Of a stretch of DNA of 64,000 nucleotides, positions 20,488 to 30,260 are shown piece by piece. How positions within the stretch are numbered: the first letter of the stretch is position 1; each line of letters starts with the position of its first letter. The position numbers and the translations under genes are program-made. Source of the stretch: Anaerolineae bacterium (GTDB lineage Bacteria; Chloroflexota; Anaerolineae; UBA1429). A model generated the notes under the pieces. The model made no database searches. It saw nothing but the letters and a program-made list of their open reading frames with translations, and had not been told where the DNA came from. The DNA is taken from positions 2,784,001-2,848,000 of the forward strand of contig OY776562.1 in NCBI GenBank assembly GCA_963675785.1, read 5' to 3'.

Positions 20488-21750
20488 CTATGCAGAACTA
20501 TCGCTCTTGCGCGCAAACCAGGAAAACCTGCTATCGTCTCGTGCAGCATCTTTACCAGATAATGCTGCAAAACCAAGCTCCTGAAGCAGATGTTCTGCCA
20601 ATTTGCGATAAGCCTTGGATACACTTCCTCGGTCATTACTGCGCTGCAAGGGGACTCCTGTATTGATGCTGTGTGTTACCAGGGGTTGGTCATCAGGCAC
20701 TTCAATCTCGACAGGTATTTTCAAGCTGCGCTCAATGTCCTCGCGGCCCATAGCGCCGCGGATATTGGAGCGAATTACCACCAAATCAATCCTCTCGGCG
20801 GAATAGCCGCGTTCAATTAACCTATCGACCATACGCCGCGTGTTGCGCAATCCCACCATCTCTGGCTGCACGGTAATGACGATGTGATCCGCGCTATCTA
20901 AAAAGGCAAACGCGGTGTCATTCATGGGCAAACCAAGATCAACAAGTACAAAAGGGAACATGCGTTTCATCATGGCCGTGATGCGCTGCACCTGGGGCAA
21001 GCTGACCTCATCCGTAAGCTCCCCTGGTGGCGGCGCCAGCAGTACCCTGAGGCCGGAAGCATGTGTTGCCAGTACATCCTCGAGCATGCGATTATCTACC
21101 TGAGCCAAACGCGGCAGCAGGTCGCCGATCGAACGATCCCACTTGAGATTGAGCGCTACGTCCAAAGCAGGCGCCGCAAAGTCAGCATCGACCATGGCCA
21201 CCTGTCTGTTGGAAATTTCTTGCATCCATAACGCCGTATTGATACAGGTAGTCGTTCGCCCCGTCCCCCCCTTAGGGGCACAGAACACAACCACCGAGCC
21301 AGAACGCGTGGGTTCATCATCCGCCAGAGCACTGGGGCGTTGAGACCCAATGACCCGGCGAATGCTGATAATCAAGTCCTCACGCGAGATTGGCTTGGTA
21401 ACAAAGGCCCTGGCTCCCGCAAGTACTGCCTTGCTCGCTGTAGCCATTGAATCCCAGCCAACAATCGCCAGAATCTCTGTCTCGGGCACCGAGGCGAGCA
21501 ACTGTGTAATTAATCGCTCGATATCCATGCCGAGCAGCTCTTCATCAATCAGAACGACGTGCGGAATGATGTCTGCCGCACGCACCAGTACCAGCTCAGG
21601 TTGCGAGACCCAATAAAGCTGATGGTTACCTAGGTGCTCGGCAAGAATTTCAGATACTTCTTCAAAAGTCGATTCCTGGGTTGAAACCAAAAGAATCCGC
21701 GTTGTCTCGCCAAAGCCAGATTGTAATATTCCCGAACCGGCCATAATCAA
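20488..21750 (-). CDS. cpaE: CpaE/TadZ: receiver domain + MinD-like ATPase
   Basis: N-terminal receiver (VVLIDE, FVTKP); PKGGTGRTT deviant Walker A. Confidence 0.85.
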   Translation of the reverse strand: MIMAGSGILQSGFGETTRILLVSTQESTFEEVSEILAEHLGNHQLYWVSQPELVLVRAADIIPHVVLIDEELLGMDIERLITQLLASVPETEILAIVGWDSMATASKAVLAGARAFVTKPISREDLIISIRRVIGSQRPSALADDEPTRSGSVVVFCAPKGGTGRTTTCINTALWMQEISNRQVAMVDADFAAPALDVALNLKWDRSIGDLLPRLAQVDNRMLEDVLATHASGLRVLLAPPPGELTDEVSLPQVQRITAMMKRMFPFVLVDLGLPMNDTAFAFLDSADHIVITVQPEMVGLRNTRRMVDRLIERGYSAERIDLVVIRSNIRGAMGREDIERSLKIPVEIEVPDDQPLVTHSINTGVPLQRSNDRGSVSKAYRKLAEHLLQELGFAALSGKDAARDDSRFSWFARKSDSSA

Positions 21751-21788
21751 CTCACGTCCAATGCTAATTGCTCAATGCTAATCGTATT

Positions 21789-22601
21789 TCAGCGCTCAGC
21801 CTCATCGGGCAGCTGGTAGCGGTTGATCAAATAGTCCATATCCACAGGCTCAACTTCAAAGGATTGGTCTGCACCCGGAGCCCGCAGAACCACATCCATA
21901 ATGCCGTCGCCATCGAGCACATATTTGATGATTAGCGCATCTTGAGGGCTTACTGCAACCATCAATGCCTGCGCCGTGCCAAAGCTGCTGCCATCCACTT
22001 CTTCAGCTACAATAGCGGAAACAGTGCCGTTCTGCAGACCATCGTATGTAACTTGCTTGTCCTCGCCGCGGCTGACAGTACCATCGACATAATCCGTTGT
22101 GGTGGTAGTATCTTCGATGGATGGCACCGGCACAAACACGGTAAATAGAAGATCGATCTGGTCGCCCGCTTTGAGCGTGCCAGATTCCGACATGAGATCA
22201 CTTGTGGGCAGCGCCATCAGCACACTGTCCTCTTGCAACAAGATACCGGTACGGCCATCATTGGCAACCACGTTCGGATCGACGAGGCGCTGATCCAGCA
22301 GAATCTCGCCCGTGTAAATATCCACCGAGGCGACCATGCCCACAACATCGCTTGTGGATGCCAGCGCCCCTGAAGGAACCTGGTCCACCGACATGTCAAT
22401 TACTTGTACATCGGTTGCTGTAATCACCGTGCGGATGGGAATGTCTGTCGTCGCGACAACGACACTCACCGTAGGCCCCAGATCAACAACAACCTCACCA
22501 GAAGAAGCTGAACCGCTAAGAGCGATAAAGCCAACCAGCGCTGCAAGGCCGGCCACGATCAAGCCAGCAATCAGCCACAACCACCCCTTTAGACGTCCCA
22601 A
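21789..22601 (-). CDS. cpaB: Flp pilus assembly protein CpaB/RcpC
   Basis: N-terminal TM, SAF domain (VVVATTDIP), LKAGDQIDLL, VLRAP. Confidence 0.88.
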   Translation of the reverse strand: MGRLKGWLWLIAGLIVAGLAALVGFIALSGSASSGEVVVDLGPTVSVVVATTDIPIRTVITATDVQVIDMSVDQVPSGALASTSDVVGMVASVDIYTGEILLDQRLVDPNVVANDGRTGILLQEDSVLMALPTSDLMSESGTLKAGDQIDLLFTVFVPVPSIEDTTTTTDYVDGTVSRGEDKQVTYDGLQNGTVSAIVAEEVDGSSFGTAQALMVAVSPQDALIIKYVLDGDGIMDVVLRAPGADQSFEVEPVDMDYLINRYQLPDEAER

Positions 22602-22708
22602 TGGTTACCTCCCTCAAGAAGCAAAACCGGGAAGAATCTTGTTTGCTCTCCCCCAAGCAAAGACACTCCCCGGCTCAGGTGCCGCGACACCAAAGTGCCG
22701 GGCGCCGA

Positions 22709-23998
22709 CTACAAGCTCAGCCTAAACTGGATATTGGCAAATATCTCCTCATAGACGCTTTGAAGTTCACTAGCGTCAGGGGCGTAAAAATACCGATCCG
22801 AGGCTCCGGCGAGATCACGCATAAAGGCCTCATCACAAAAAGTACCCAATGCAATGGTATAGATGAGATATCCATCATCCAGAGCATTTTCGGCCACACC
22901 TAAAGCATATATTTCGGCAGCATAGTTATAGCTATCACCACATCGACCACGATTATCACAATTGGCCACACCGTCACTGAGCAAGATGATCACTTTTTTG
23001 GCATTGGCCCGGCCGTTGCTATCCAATTCATTATAAGCCACCGACATGCCACCGCCAGTGTTGGTCCAACCATCAGCCGTCAGGCCTCCAATAGCAGAAT
23101 TAACCGATGAAAAATTATCGGATAGATGAAGGTTCAACCATGCGCTGGTAGAATAAGAAGCCAATCCAATGCGGGTGAGTTCGGCATCGTTCAGTGAGAC
23201 AAAATAGCGAGCTGCATCCTGAGCCTGGCCTAGCGGTTCTTCTCGAACGGTCTTCCACACCTCTACCCAATCATCGTGGCAAACGTATTCATAATCACAA
23301 ACTTGTTGCCAACGCCGACCAACACGAACCCATTGACACACACGCTCATAGTCGCAAGTTTCCTGGTACACCCAATCCCGATATTGGTATTGGCCGTATC
23401 CACTTACCCAGGGAAGATCCATGTCCTCAGAATCATCATCCATACTGCCAGAAATGTCCATCACGAGCAAGATATCCAGCGGCTGATACTGGGCCACTGA
23501 GACTGCCGAGGCGGTCATATGCCAGGTTACGGTGATCGGTTCCGTAGTAGCCAACGGATCGACTGTAGGCGTTGGTGTTCCTGGCCCTACCTCATAACCC
23601 GAACTGGCGCCGATGCTTAGAACCTGAAAAACCCCGGCGAAATAAGTGTCAGCCGAGGCGCTGGCCTCGACCTGAATGCCCGTAGCGCCACTGGGTGGAT
23701 CAGAAGTAGCGGCAAGGTCCCCCATCGAATCGCCGTTAACGTCCACATACATGGCCTCATCCAGCTCGGCGCCATTCGCTATTACGTAAGCCTCGAGGGT
23801 GTCATAGATCTCTTGGCTGGTCACATGCTGGGCCATGAGGGAGACCGCCGCCAAACCAGCAGCGTCGGCCGCCGTGCGAGCCTTGCGGCGCTGCACATAG
23901 CCAATGCCCACATCAACAGCAAGCGCCAACATACCCAGAATAATGACCATGCTCAAGGCCACATACACCAGCGTGCTGCCGCGTTCTTTTCTTTTCAT
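22709..23998 (-). CDS. TadG-like pseudopilin with vWA domain
   Basis: ERGSTLV prepilin-like N-terminus, AADAAGLA, MIDAS DISGSM, LLSDG; ATG 23998 after AAGGAGG. Confidence 0.85.
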   Translation of the reverse strand: MKRKERGSTLVYVALSMVIILGMLALAVDVGIGYVQRRKARTAADAAGLAAVSLMAQHVTSQEIYDTLEAYVIANGAELDEAMYVDVNGDSMGDLAATSDPPSGATGIQVEASASADTYFAGVFQVLSIGASSGYEVGPGTPTPTVDPLATTEPITVTWHMTASAVSVAQYQPLDILLVMDISGSMDDDSEDMDLPWVSGYGQYQYRDWVYQETCDYERVCQWVRVGRRWQQVCDYEYVCHDDWVEVWKTVREEPLGQAQDAARYFVSLNDAELTRIGLASYSTSAWLNLHLSDNFSSVNSAIGGLTADGWTNTGGGMSVAYNELDSNGRANAKKVIILLSDGVANCDNRGRCGDSYNYAAEIYALGVAENALDDGYLIYTIALGTFCDEAFMRDLAGASDRYFYAPDASELQSVYEEIFANIQFRLSL

Positions 23999-24020
23999 AG
24001 CGGCCTCCTTATAAGGGGAC

Positions 24021-24443
24021 CTATTCAACCTGCATCGTCGATGCAGCTTGTATGCTAAAGACCCCGTCGCTGACCCCCAGCGCCTCTAAAAGGACTCCTG
24101 TGGCCAGCGTGTAATCATAGGTTACCACCACACGCACGGGCCGAGGATCACCCTCGTCCGGCCGACTAATTGTTATTGTAAGCAAATCTTCATTCAGCCC
24201 CGTTGTCAACGTACGAGCGGCTTCGTCAATCCCAGTTATATCCGTCGGGAAAACCGAGCCATAGCGCGCTCCCTCACGGGCGGCGTTAGAGATAGTATTG
24301 TAAGAAAAGATCAACATCCCGAATTCAAGGATGGCCATCATGACCATCATCACCACGGGAATGACCAAAGCGAACTCGACCAGTTCCTGGCCTCGCTCGC
24401 GAGATTTTCTCTTGCTTTTATCCGCTAACAAGTATCGTTTCAT
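24021..24443 (-). CDS. TadE family pseudopilin
   Basis: RGQELVEFAL...AAREGARY. Confidence 0.9.
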   Translation of the reverse strand: MKRYLLADKSKRKSRERGQELVEFALVIPVVMMVMMAILEFGMLIFSYNTISNAAREGARYGSVFPTDITGIDEAARTLTTGLNEDLLTITISRPDEGDPRPVRVVVTYDYTLATGVLLEALGVSDGVFSIQAASTMQVE

Positions 24444-24895
24444 GACGACCGCACCGGGAATACCACATAGGTGCTGAGTTCGCCATTCCAGCCAAAGATG
24501 CCCAGCATGATCGGATCATAGGCATAATCTACCGTCACCCGCACCGAACCAAGAGGATCGCCAGTAACGTTGGCTTCAACATCAATTTCTGCCAGACCGG
24601 CATCCTCGGAGAGATCGACGACGGTACCCTGGGTTTCGGAGCGCACGTGAGTGATAATCAATGCCTCATCGCCCGAAGAGATGCTGACGTTATAGTACGG
24701 CGAACCGCTGGAGGAGAGGACGTTAAAAGCATAACGTCCCCCCTCACGCGCAGCATTATAGATCGAGATATAGGTGTAATATGCCCGCCCTACATCGATG
24801 ATGCCAACCAGCAACAAAAGAAGCAAAGGCAGAACAAGCGCGGTTTCCACCAGGCTTGCCCCGCGCTCGTTTCGCCTTTGCACCTGCCGTCGCAT
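24440..24895 (-). CDS. TadE family pseudopilin
   Basis: RGASLVETAL...AAREGGRY; start placed at 24895 to avoid overlap with flp. Confidence 0.88.
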   Translation of the reverse strand: MRRQVQRRNERGASLVETALVLPLLLLLLVGIIDVGRAYYTYISIYNAAREGGRYAFNVLSSSGSPYYNVSISSGDEALIITHVRSETQGTVVDLSEDAGLAEIDVEANVTGDPLGSVRVTVDYAYDPIMLGIFGWNGELSTYVVFPVRSS

Positions 24896-24914
24896 CACAA
24901 AAGACCGCCCGTCG

Positions 24915-25103
24915 TCAGCCGCCGAGGCTACCAGTGATGTTCTCAAAAACAGCAGCAATAGTCTCGCCAAGGGGCCCTAGCGCCAAGATGACAACGACAG
25001 CGATGAGCACAATGATCAGGGCGTACTCTACCAGAGACTGGCCCTCTTCGCGGTGGAGCAGCGAATCAGCATACGCCTTTGCCAACAAATAAGCCTTGAG
25101 CAT
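24915..25103 (-). CDS. flp: Flp family type IVb/c major pilin (62 aa)
   Basis: EEGQSLVEYALII Flp motif; ATG 25103 after GGAGG. Confidence 0.93.
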   Translation of the reverse strand: MLKAYLLAKAYADSLLHREEGQSLVEYALIIVLIAVVVILALGPLGETIAAVFENITGSLGG

Positions 25104-25335
25104 TTCTTTTCCTCCCAATGGCACATGTTTTTTCGTCCCAGTTATCAGCATCTACCCGGCCGGCCTGGTTAATTCGGCGCGGGCTATCTGCTAACGTGCT
25201 TTTACTCTAGCGCACCATGGTTAATATAACGTAAAGCTGGCGTAACTATTGTATAGCAGTACGTATTATGTCTATAAATAAAAAACCAGGATGTAAACGT
25301 CTGTTCACACCCCGGCAAGTTCTCAATGTTCGCAG

Positions 25336-27354
25336 TCAGCTCTGGATCGGTGCTGACGAAAGCCCGGGGTGTGATAGTCCATTTTTTGATGCCAGAGGCA
25401 AGTCCTGTTCGTCCTCAAAAGAGTCTGAACATGGTTCAACGAATTCAGGCACAAGATCGTGGAGTAGCTGTCGTACGTGGTCGCCATCCTTTTGGCGCGC
25501 AGCGTCCAACAGCTCATCTACTCTCTCTAGCAGCGCCTCACCCTCGCGTATGTCCTGCTTTAGCACATACACTTTATCACATTTGCTGCGAACATATGTC
25601 TCTTTATCCAATATCAGTTCTTCAAAGAGTTTTTCACCCGGGCGCAACCCCGTGATTTTGATTTCGATATCCACATCGGGTTCCAAGCCAGCCAATTCTA
25701 TCATATCACGGGCCAGGTCAATAATCTTGATGGGTTGACCCATGTCCAATACGAACACTTCACCACCCGTACCCAAAACGCCGGCCTGCAGCACCAGCTG
25801 TACAGCCTCCGGAATGGTCATAAAGTAGCGCTGCACGCGGGCATCTGTTACCGTAACCGGGCCACCAGCCGCTATCTGTTGCTGAAAGAGCGGCACCACA
25901 CTCCCCCTGGAGCCCAGTACATTGCCAAAACGGACCGCCACATAGGCCTTGCCAGTTCTTTGAGCCACATCCTGCACCACCATCTCGGCTATGCGTTTGG
26001 TTACCCCCATCACACTGGTGGGGTTGACGGCCTTGTCGGTCGAGATCATGACAAAACGGGGCACATCATAACGCGCACAGGTTTCCACCAAGTTGCGGGT
26101 ACCATGCACGTTGTTGGTTACAGCATCCTGTATATTGTCCTCCATGAGCGGCACATGCTTGTGGGCCGCGGCATGGAACACGATTTCCGGCCTATACAGA
26201 TCAAAAATATGATTCAGCCGGCACTCGTCGCGTACATCAGCCACCACATAATCGACCGTCACCCAGGGCCACTTGAGCCTTAGCTCGCGTTGGATGTCAT
26301 ATAGCGAGTTTTCGCCATGCCCAAGAACGATCAAACTGGTTGGCCCATAACTGGCTATTTGGCGACACAACTCACTGCCAATCGATCCTCCACCGCCCGT
26401 GACTAATACCCGCCTGTGGGCGACAAGTTGCCGGATGGATTCGCGGTCTGTCTCCACCGGATCGCGCCGCAGCAGGTCCTCGATCTGAATATTGCGCAGC
26501 CGTTCCACCGAGACGCGACCATCGATGAGTTCATAGATGCCGGGCATGGTTAACATCTCTAGCTTGAGATTGCGACAAGCATCACGAAGATGTCGAACGA
26601 CATCCCCTCCCACTGAGGGCATGGCAATGATCATTTTATTGGCACCCGTTTCCTGAACGATACGGGCCACATCGGCCAACGTTCCTCTAACGCGGCAACC
26701 CATGATCTCCAGGCCCTGCTTTTGAGGGTCATCATCAACCATGGCAACAACCACATAACCCAATTGCGGATTCTGATTGATCTCGCGCAAAACGGTTATG
26801 CCTGCTTGCCCTGCGCCGGCTATCACTACCTTGGAGAATCCTTGGCGAGGCAGCGGCTTCTCTCGGGATGCTTGGCGAGCTGTTACCAACCTCAGCAGCA
26901 TACGCGGGAACGCCGCTATGCAAAGGGATAGAATAAACTCGATAATGGGTATGGAGCGGGGCATACGAGCCATTAAACCTAGCGGGGAAAACACACCATA
27001 GATCAACAAGGTGAGCGCAGCACTACCCATAAAGTTGGCGAAAATCAGAGTCACCAACTCATCAGTTCCCGCGTAGCGCCACATCCGTTTGTAAATCCCC
27101 ATGGCCCTATATATCGCCACCTTGATCAGTGAGGCAAGGATAGCATAGAAAAGTACAGATTTACCGTATGATATGGGAAAAAACTCTTCCAAGCGAATCA
27201 AAAATGCAAAAGAAATGCACAGGCCCTGGGTTACAATATCCCAGAGAACAAAGTGTCGGTTCCTAAGTTTGGAAAGAACCCTCAGGCAACTTGATGAGAC
27301 ACGCCTGGACATCTTTATTACCCCCAAGTATGCAGTCATTCTATCGATAGCCAA
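25336..27354 (-). CDS. Polysaccharide biosynthesis protein, CapD/PglF-like nucleotide-sugar 4,6-dehydratase (start may be 27312)
   Basis: N-terminal TMs, GAGQAG, TGGGGSIGSE, HAAAHKHVP, STDKAVNP, VRFGNVLGS, GLRPGEKL. Confidence 0.92.
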   Translation of the reverse strand: MAIDRMTAYLGVIKMSRRVSSSCLRVLSKLRNRHFVLWDIVTQGLCISFAFLIRLEEFFPISYGKSVLFYAILASLIKVAIYRAMGIYKRMWRYAGTDELVTLIFANFMGSAALTLLIYGVFSPLGLMARMPRSIPIIEFILSLCIAAFPRMLLRLVTARQASREKPLPRQGFSKVVIAGAGQAGITVLREINQNPQLGYVVVAMVDDDPQKQGLEIMGCRVRGTLADVARIVQETGANKMIIAMPSVGGDVVRHLRDACRNLKLEMLTMPGIYELIDGRVSVERLRNIQIEDLLRRDPVETDRESIRQLVAHRRVLVTGGGGSIGSELCRQIASYGPTSLIVLGHGENSLYDIQRELRLKWPWVTVDYVVADVRDECRLNHIFDLYRPEIVFHAAAHKHVPLMEDNIQDAVTNNVHGTRNLVETCARYDVPRFVMISTDKAVNPTSVMGVTKRIAEMVVQDVAQRTGKAYVAVRFGNVLGSRGSVVPLFQQQIAAGGPVTVTDARVQRYFMTIPEAVQLVLQAGVLGTGGEVFVLDMGQPIKIIDLARDMIELAGLEPDVDIEIKITGLRPGEKLFEELILDKETYVRSKCDKVYVLKQDIREGEALLERVDELLDAARQKDGDHVRQLLHDLVPEFVEPCSDSFEDEQDLPLASKNGLSHPGLSSAPIQS

Positions 27355-27393
27355 TCGTCACATTCAGAGAAAACTTCATTGGACAGGCTAAAA

Positions 27394-28689
27394 TCAGAGT
27401 AGAACGATGTGGGCGCCTTTGACGCCGACATTGCGTGTATCAAGAATAAGGGGCGCATACTTGGCCACACTTGGCCAATCATAGGCGCTGTGGGCAGTAT
27501 GAATAAGAACGATATCAGCAGCCGACAAAAGATCTGGGTTCATGGGCTGTGATTCAAGCACCGCATCGGCCAGCCGGAGTTGGTCAACCCAGGGGTCGTT
27601 ATAAACTACGTTGGCGCCGAGTTGCAAGAGCTCACTGATAATCTCGATAGCAGGGCTTTCACGAAGGTCATCAATATCCGGCTTGTAGGCCACACCCAAA
27701 ACCACTACTTTGGCTCCCTTGAGCGGCATGGCTTTTTCATTGAGGGCATCCTGAATGCGGCGCACGACATAGTGGGGCATGGAAGAATTGATCGTATCGG
27801 CCAACTCAATGAAGCGCGTCTGCATTCCCAACCCCCGCATCTTCCAGGTCAGGTAGAGCGGGTCGATGGGAATACAATGGCCTCCCAGGCCGGGGCCCGG
27901 ATAAAAAGGCATATAGCCAAAAGGCTTGGTAGAGGCGGCAGTGATGACTTCCCAGATATCGATGCCGATTCGATCGCAGATCTGGGCCATTTCGTTCACC
28001 AGGCCAATGTTCACCGCCCGAAAAGTATTTTCGAGGATTTTGCACATCTCTGCCGCAGCCGGGCTGCTCACCGGAACCAGTGTATCCACTGCAACGCTAT
28101 AAAGCGATATAGCCACCTCGGTGCAGGCATCCGTAACTCCGCCAATTACCTTGGGGGTATTGCGCGTGTTATAGCGCTTGTTACCCGGATCTACGCGCTC
28201 TGGTGAAAAGGCCACAAAGATATCCTCACCAACGGTGAAACCGTTTTGAAGAATCCGAGGTATAAGTACTTCTTCAGTAGTGCCCGGGTAAGTTGTACTC
28301 TCCAAAACGACCGCCATCCCGGGATGCATATGGCCGCTGAGAGCATCTGCTGCAGACAGAATGTAGGAAATATCGGGGTCTTTGGATTTACCGAGCGGCG
28401 TGGGCACACAAATCACAACAGCATCTGCATCATCGAGCACAGCGTAATCCGTCGTCGCTGCGAGGCGGCCCGCGTTCACCAATGTTGCAATATCTGCATC
28501 AGGAACATCTTTGACATAACTCACACCGCTATTGATGCTCTTGCATTTGCGCGGATCAAGATCAATCCCCGTAACACGCAAGCCCCCGCGTGCAAACTCT
28601 ACAGCCAGAGGAAGCCCAACATACCCTTGGCCGATAACACAGACATGCGCAGAACCATTCGCAATTTTGGACAATAACTGCTGTTTCAT
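27394..28689 (-). CDS. Nucleotide-sugar dehydrogenase (WecC/WbpA-like)
   Basis: GQGYVG, LESTTYPGTT, FSPER, GPGLGGHCIP, DLRESP. Confidence 0.92.
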   Translation of the reverse strand: MKQQLLSKIANGSAHVCVIGQGYVGLPLAVEFARGGLRVTGIDLDPRKCKSINSGVSYVKDVPDADIATLVNAGRLAATTDYAVLDDADAVVICVPTPLGKSKDPDISYILSAADALSGHMHPGMAVVLESTTYPGTTEEVLIPRILQNGFTVGEDIFVAFSPERVDPGNKRYNTRNTPKVIGGVTDACTEVAISLYSVAVDTLVPVSSPAAAEMCKILENTFRAVNIGLVNEMAQICDRIGIDIWEVITAASTKPFGYMPFYPGPGLGGHCIPIDPLYLTWKMRGLGMQTRFIELADTINSSMPHYVVRRIQDALNEKAMPLKGAKVVVLGVAYKPDIDDLRESPAIEIISELLQLGANVVYNDPWVDQLRLADAVLESQPMNPDLLSAADIVLIHTAHSAYDWPSVAKYAPLILDTRNVGVKGAHIVLL

Positions 28690-28923
28690 CAGTATGATCC
28701 TTATTCAACTATCTTTATGTAGGCCAAGGCCCAAGCATTCTCTACCTGATTATAGGCACTGATTGAATGACACGTCAATCACACATCATTAATAAAAGCA
28801 TATATGTTATCAAAATGTTAAATACCCTCACAAAGGCGATAGGGCGGTTGACAGAGAAACAGTTTGTGTGCAAGAATCCAAACTGCTTGGATGTAATAGA
28901 GAATCGCGAGGAGAGGCAATATC

Positions 28924-29106
28924 GTGTCTGATGATCAGCTCATGACGGCTGAAGATGTGGCTAAATACCTGAATGTTCCCGTAGAAACCGTGTGGAGATG
29001 GTGTAGAAACCACACACTGCCGGCCCAAAAGCAGGGGCGGCAGTGGCAGGTTTCTCGTCAAGAATTGGACGCATTTCTTATCAAGAAAACAAATAACTGG
29101 TCTTAA
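28924..29106 (+). CDS. Small excisionase/BldC-like HTH DNA-binding protein
   Basis: MTAEDVAKYLNVPVETVWRW...LPAQKQGRQWQV; GTG start after GGAGAGG. Confidence 0.85.
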   Translation: MSDDQLMTAEDVAKYLNVPVETVWRWCRNHTLPAQKQGRQWQVSRQELDAFLIKKTNNWS

Positions 29107-29114
29107 TACAGCAC

Positions 29115-30191
29115 CTAAACGGCAAAACGAATATTAAGGATATCACCATCCTGTACAATGTATTCCTTACCCTCAAGGCGAAGCTTGCCCTCTGAGCGCG
29201 CTGCTGCCAGTGTTTTGCAGGCCATCATATCGTTATAAGCAAGCACTTCGGCTCGGATGAATCCTCTCGCCAGATCGCTGTGGATGGTGCCGGCTGCCTC
29301 GACGGCTGGGGCGCCTCGACGTACGGTCCAGGCGCGAACCTCGTCTTCTCCTACCGTGAAAAAGGACATCAACCCAAGAAGATTATAGGCCGCACGAACC
29401 ATGATATTTAGACTAGGTTCTTTAATGCCATAACTCTCGAGGAACATCTCTCTTTCCTCATCATCCAACTGAGAGATTTCCATTTCGATAGAACCCCTTA
29501 GGGCCAAAACCACGTCGTTCGGATACAATTTCAGTCCGTAATCTGTCCCAGGATCATCATCTTCGCCCAAATTGAGCACAAGCATGGTGGGTTTTGCCGA
29601 AAGAAACTGAAAGCCGCGCAGCATCTGATTTTCTTCCTCGGCAAGGCCAAGCGACGATACCGTCTGTCCGTCTTCCAGAGCAGCGATAATGCGCTTCATA
29701 AGATCCATCTCAGCTTGAACCGCAGCCCGATCGCTGGCGCGTGCCTTTTTCAGATCTGATTCGAGCCTCACAATACGCCGTTCTACAACAGCCAGATCCG
29801 ATATGATCATCTCTAGCCGTAAATCTTCCAAGTCCCTCGCTGCATCAATGCTGCCTTTAGGATGGGCAACGGTCTCATCCTCAAAAACCCGCAAAACATA
29901 GACAAGCGCATCGCACGTATTCAATGCATTCAGCACCGCGGGGGCAAGGCCTTCACCCTCGTTTTGTGCCGTGCCAGCCCCAGCCACATCCTTGAATTGT
30001 ACCTTGGCGTAGGTGGTCTTGCGTGGGTTGAACATGGCAGAGAGTATATCTACACGAGGATCCAACACATCCACAATGGCCGTATTGACAGTGAACTTGC
30101 CAAAGGTGGATGTGCTAGCATTACTGCGTGTTAGCGCGTTGTAAATCGTCGTTTTGCCTGATTGTGGCAGGCCCACAATTCCTACTTGCAT
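29115..30191 (-). CDS. ychF: Redox-regulated ATPase YchF
   Basis: GIVGLPQSGKT, FFTVGEDEVRAW, AGTIHSD, GFIRAE, EGKEYIVQDGD; ATG 30191. Confidence 0.95.
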   Translation of the reverse strand: MQVGIVGLPQSGKTTIYNALTRSNASTSTFGKFTVNTAIVDVLDPRVDILSAMFNPRKTTYAKVQFKDVAGAGTAQNEGEGLAPAVLNALNTCDALVYVLRVFEDETVAHPKGSIDAARDLEDLRLEMIISDLAVVERRIVRLESDLKKARASDRAAVQAEMDLMKRIIAALEDGQTVSSLGLAEEENQMLRGFQFLSAKPTMLVLNLGEDDDPGTDYGLKLYPNDVVLALRGSIEMEISQLDDEEREMFLESYGIKEPSLNIMVRAAYNLLGLMSFFTVGEDEVRAWTVRRGAPAVEAAGTIHSDLARGFIRAEVLAYNDMMACKTLAAARSEGKLRLEGKEYIVQDGDILNIRFAV

Positions 30192-30260
30192 TTTTTGACC
30201 TCCACATAGAGAAAAGGCGCCGAACGCCCATAGCGAACGGCGCCCCAAAAACTCTTTTTT

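Noticed and set aside
21759-21782. CAATGCTAAT direct repeat (14-bp period) between cpaB and cpaE
   Set aside because: Two short copies with no promoter context; likely a local slippage duplication.
24646-24653. Another CGTGAGTG octamer
   Set aside because: Single copy inside tadE with no 11-bp partner; expected by chance.
28924-29106. Excisionase as a sign of a prophage or ICE
   Set aside because: No integrase, att-like repeats or phage genes nearby; flanked by housekeeping genes.
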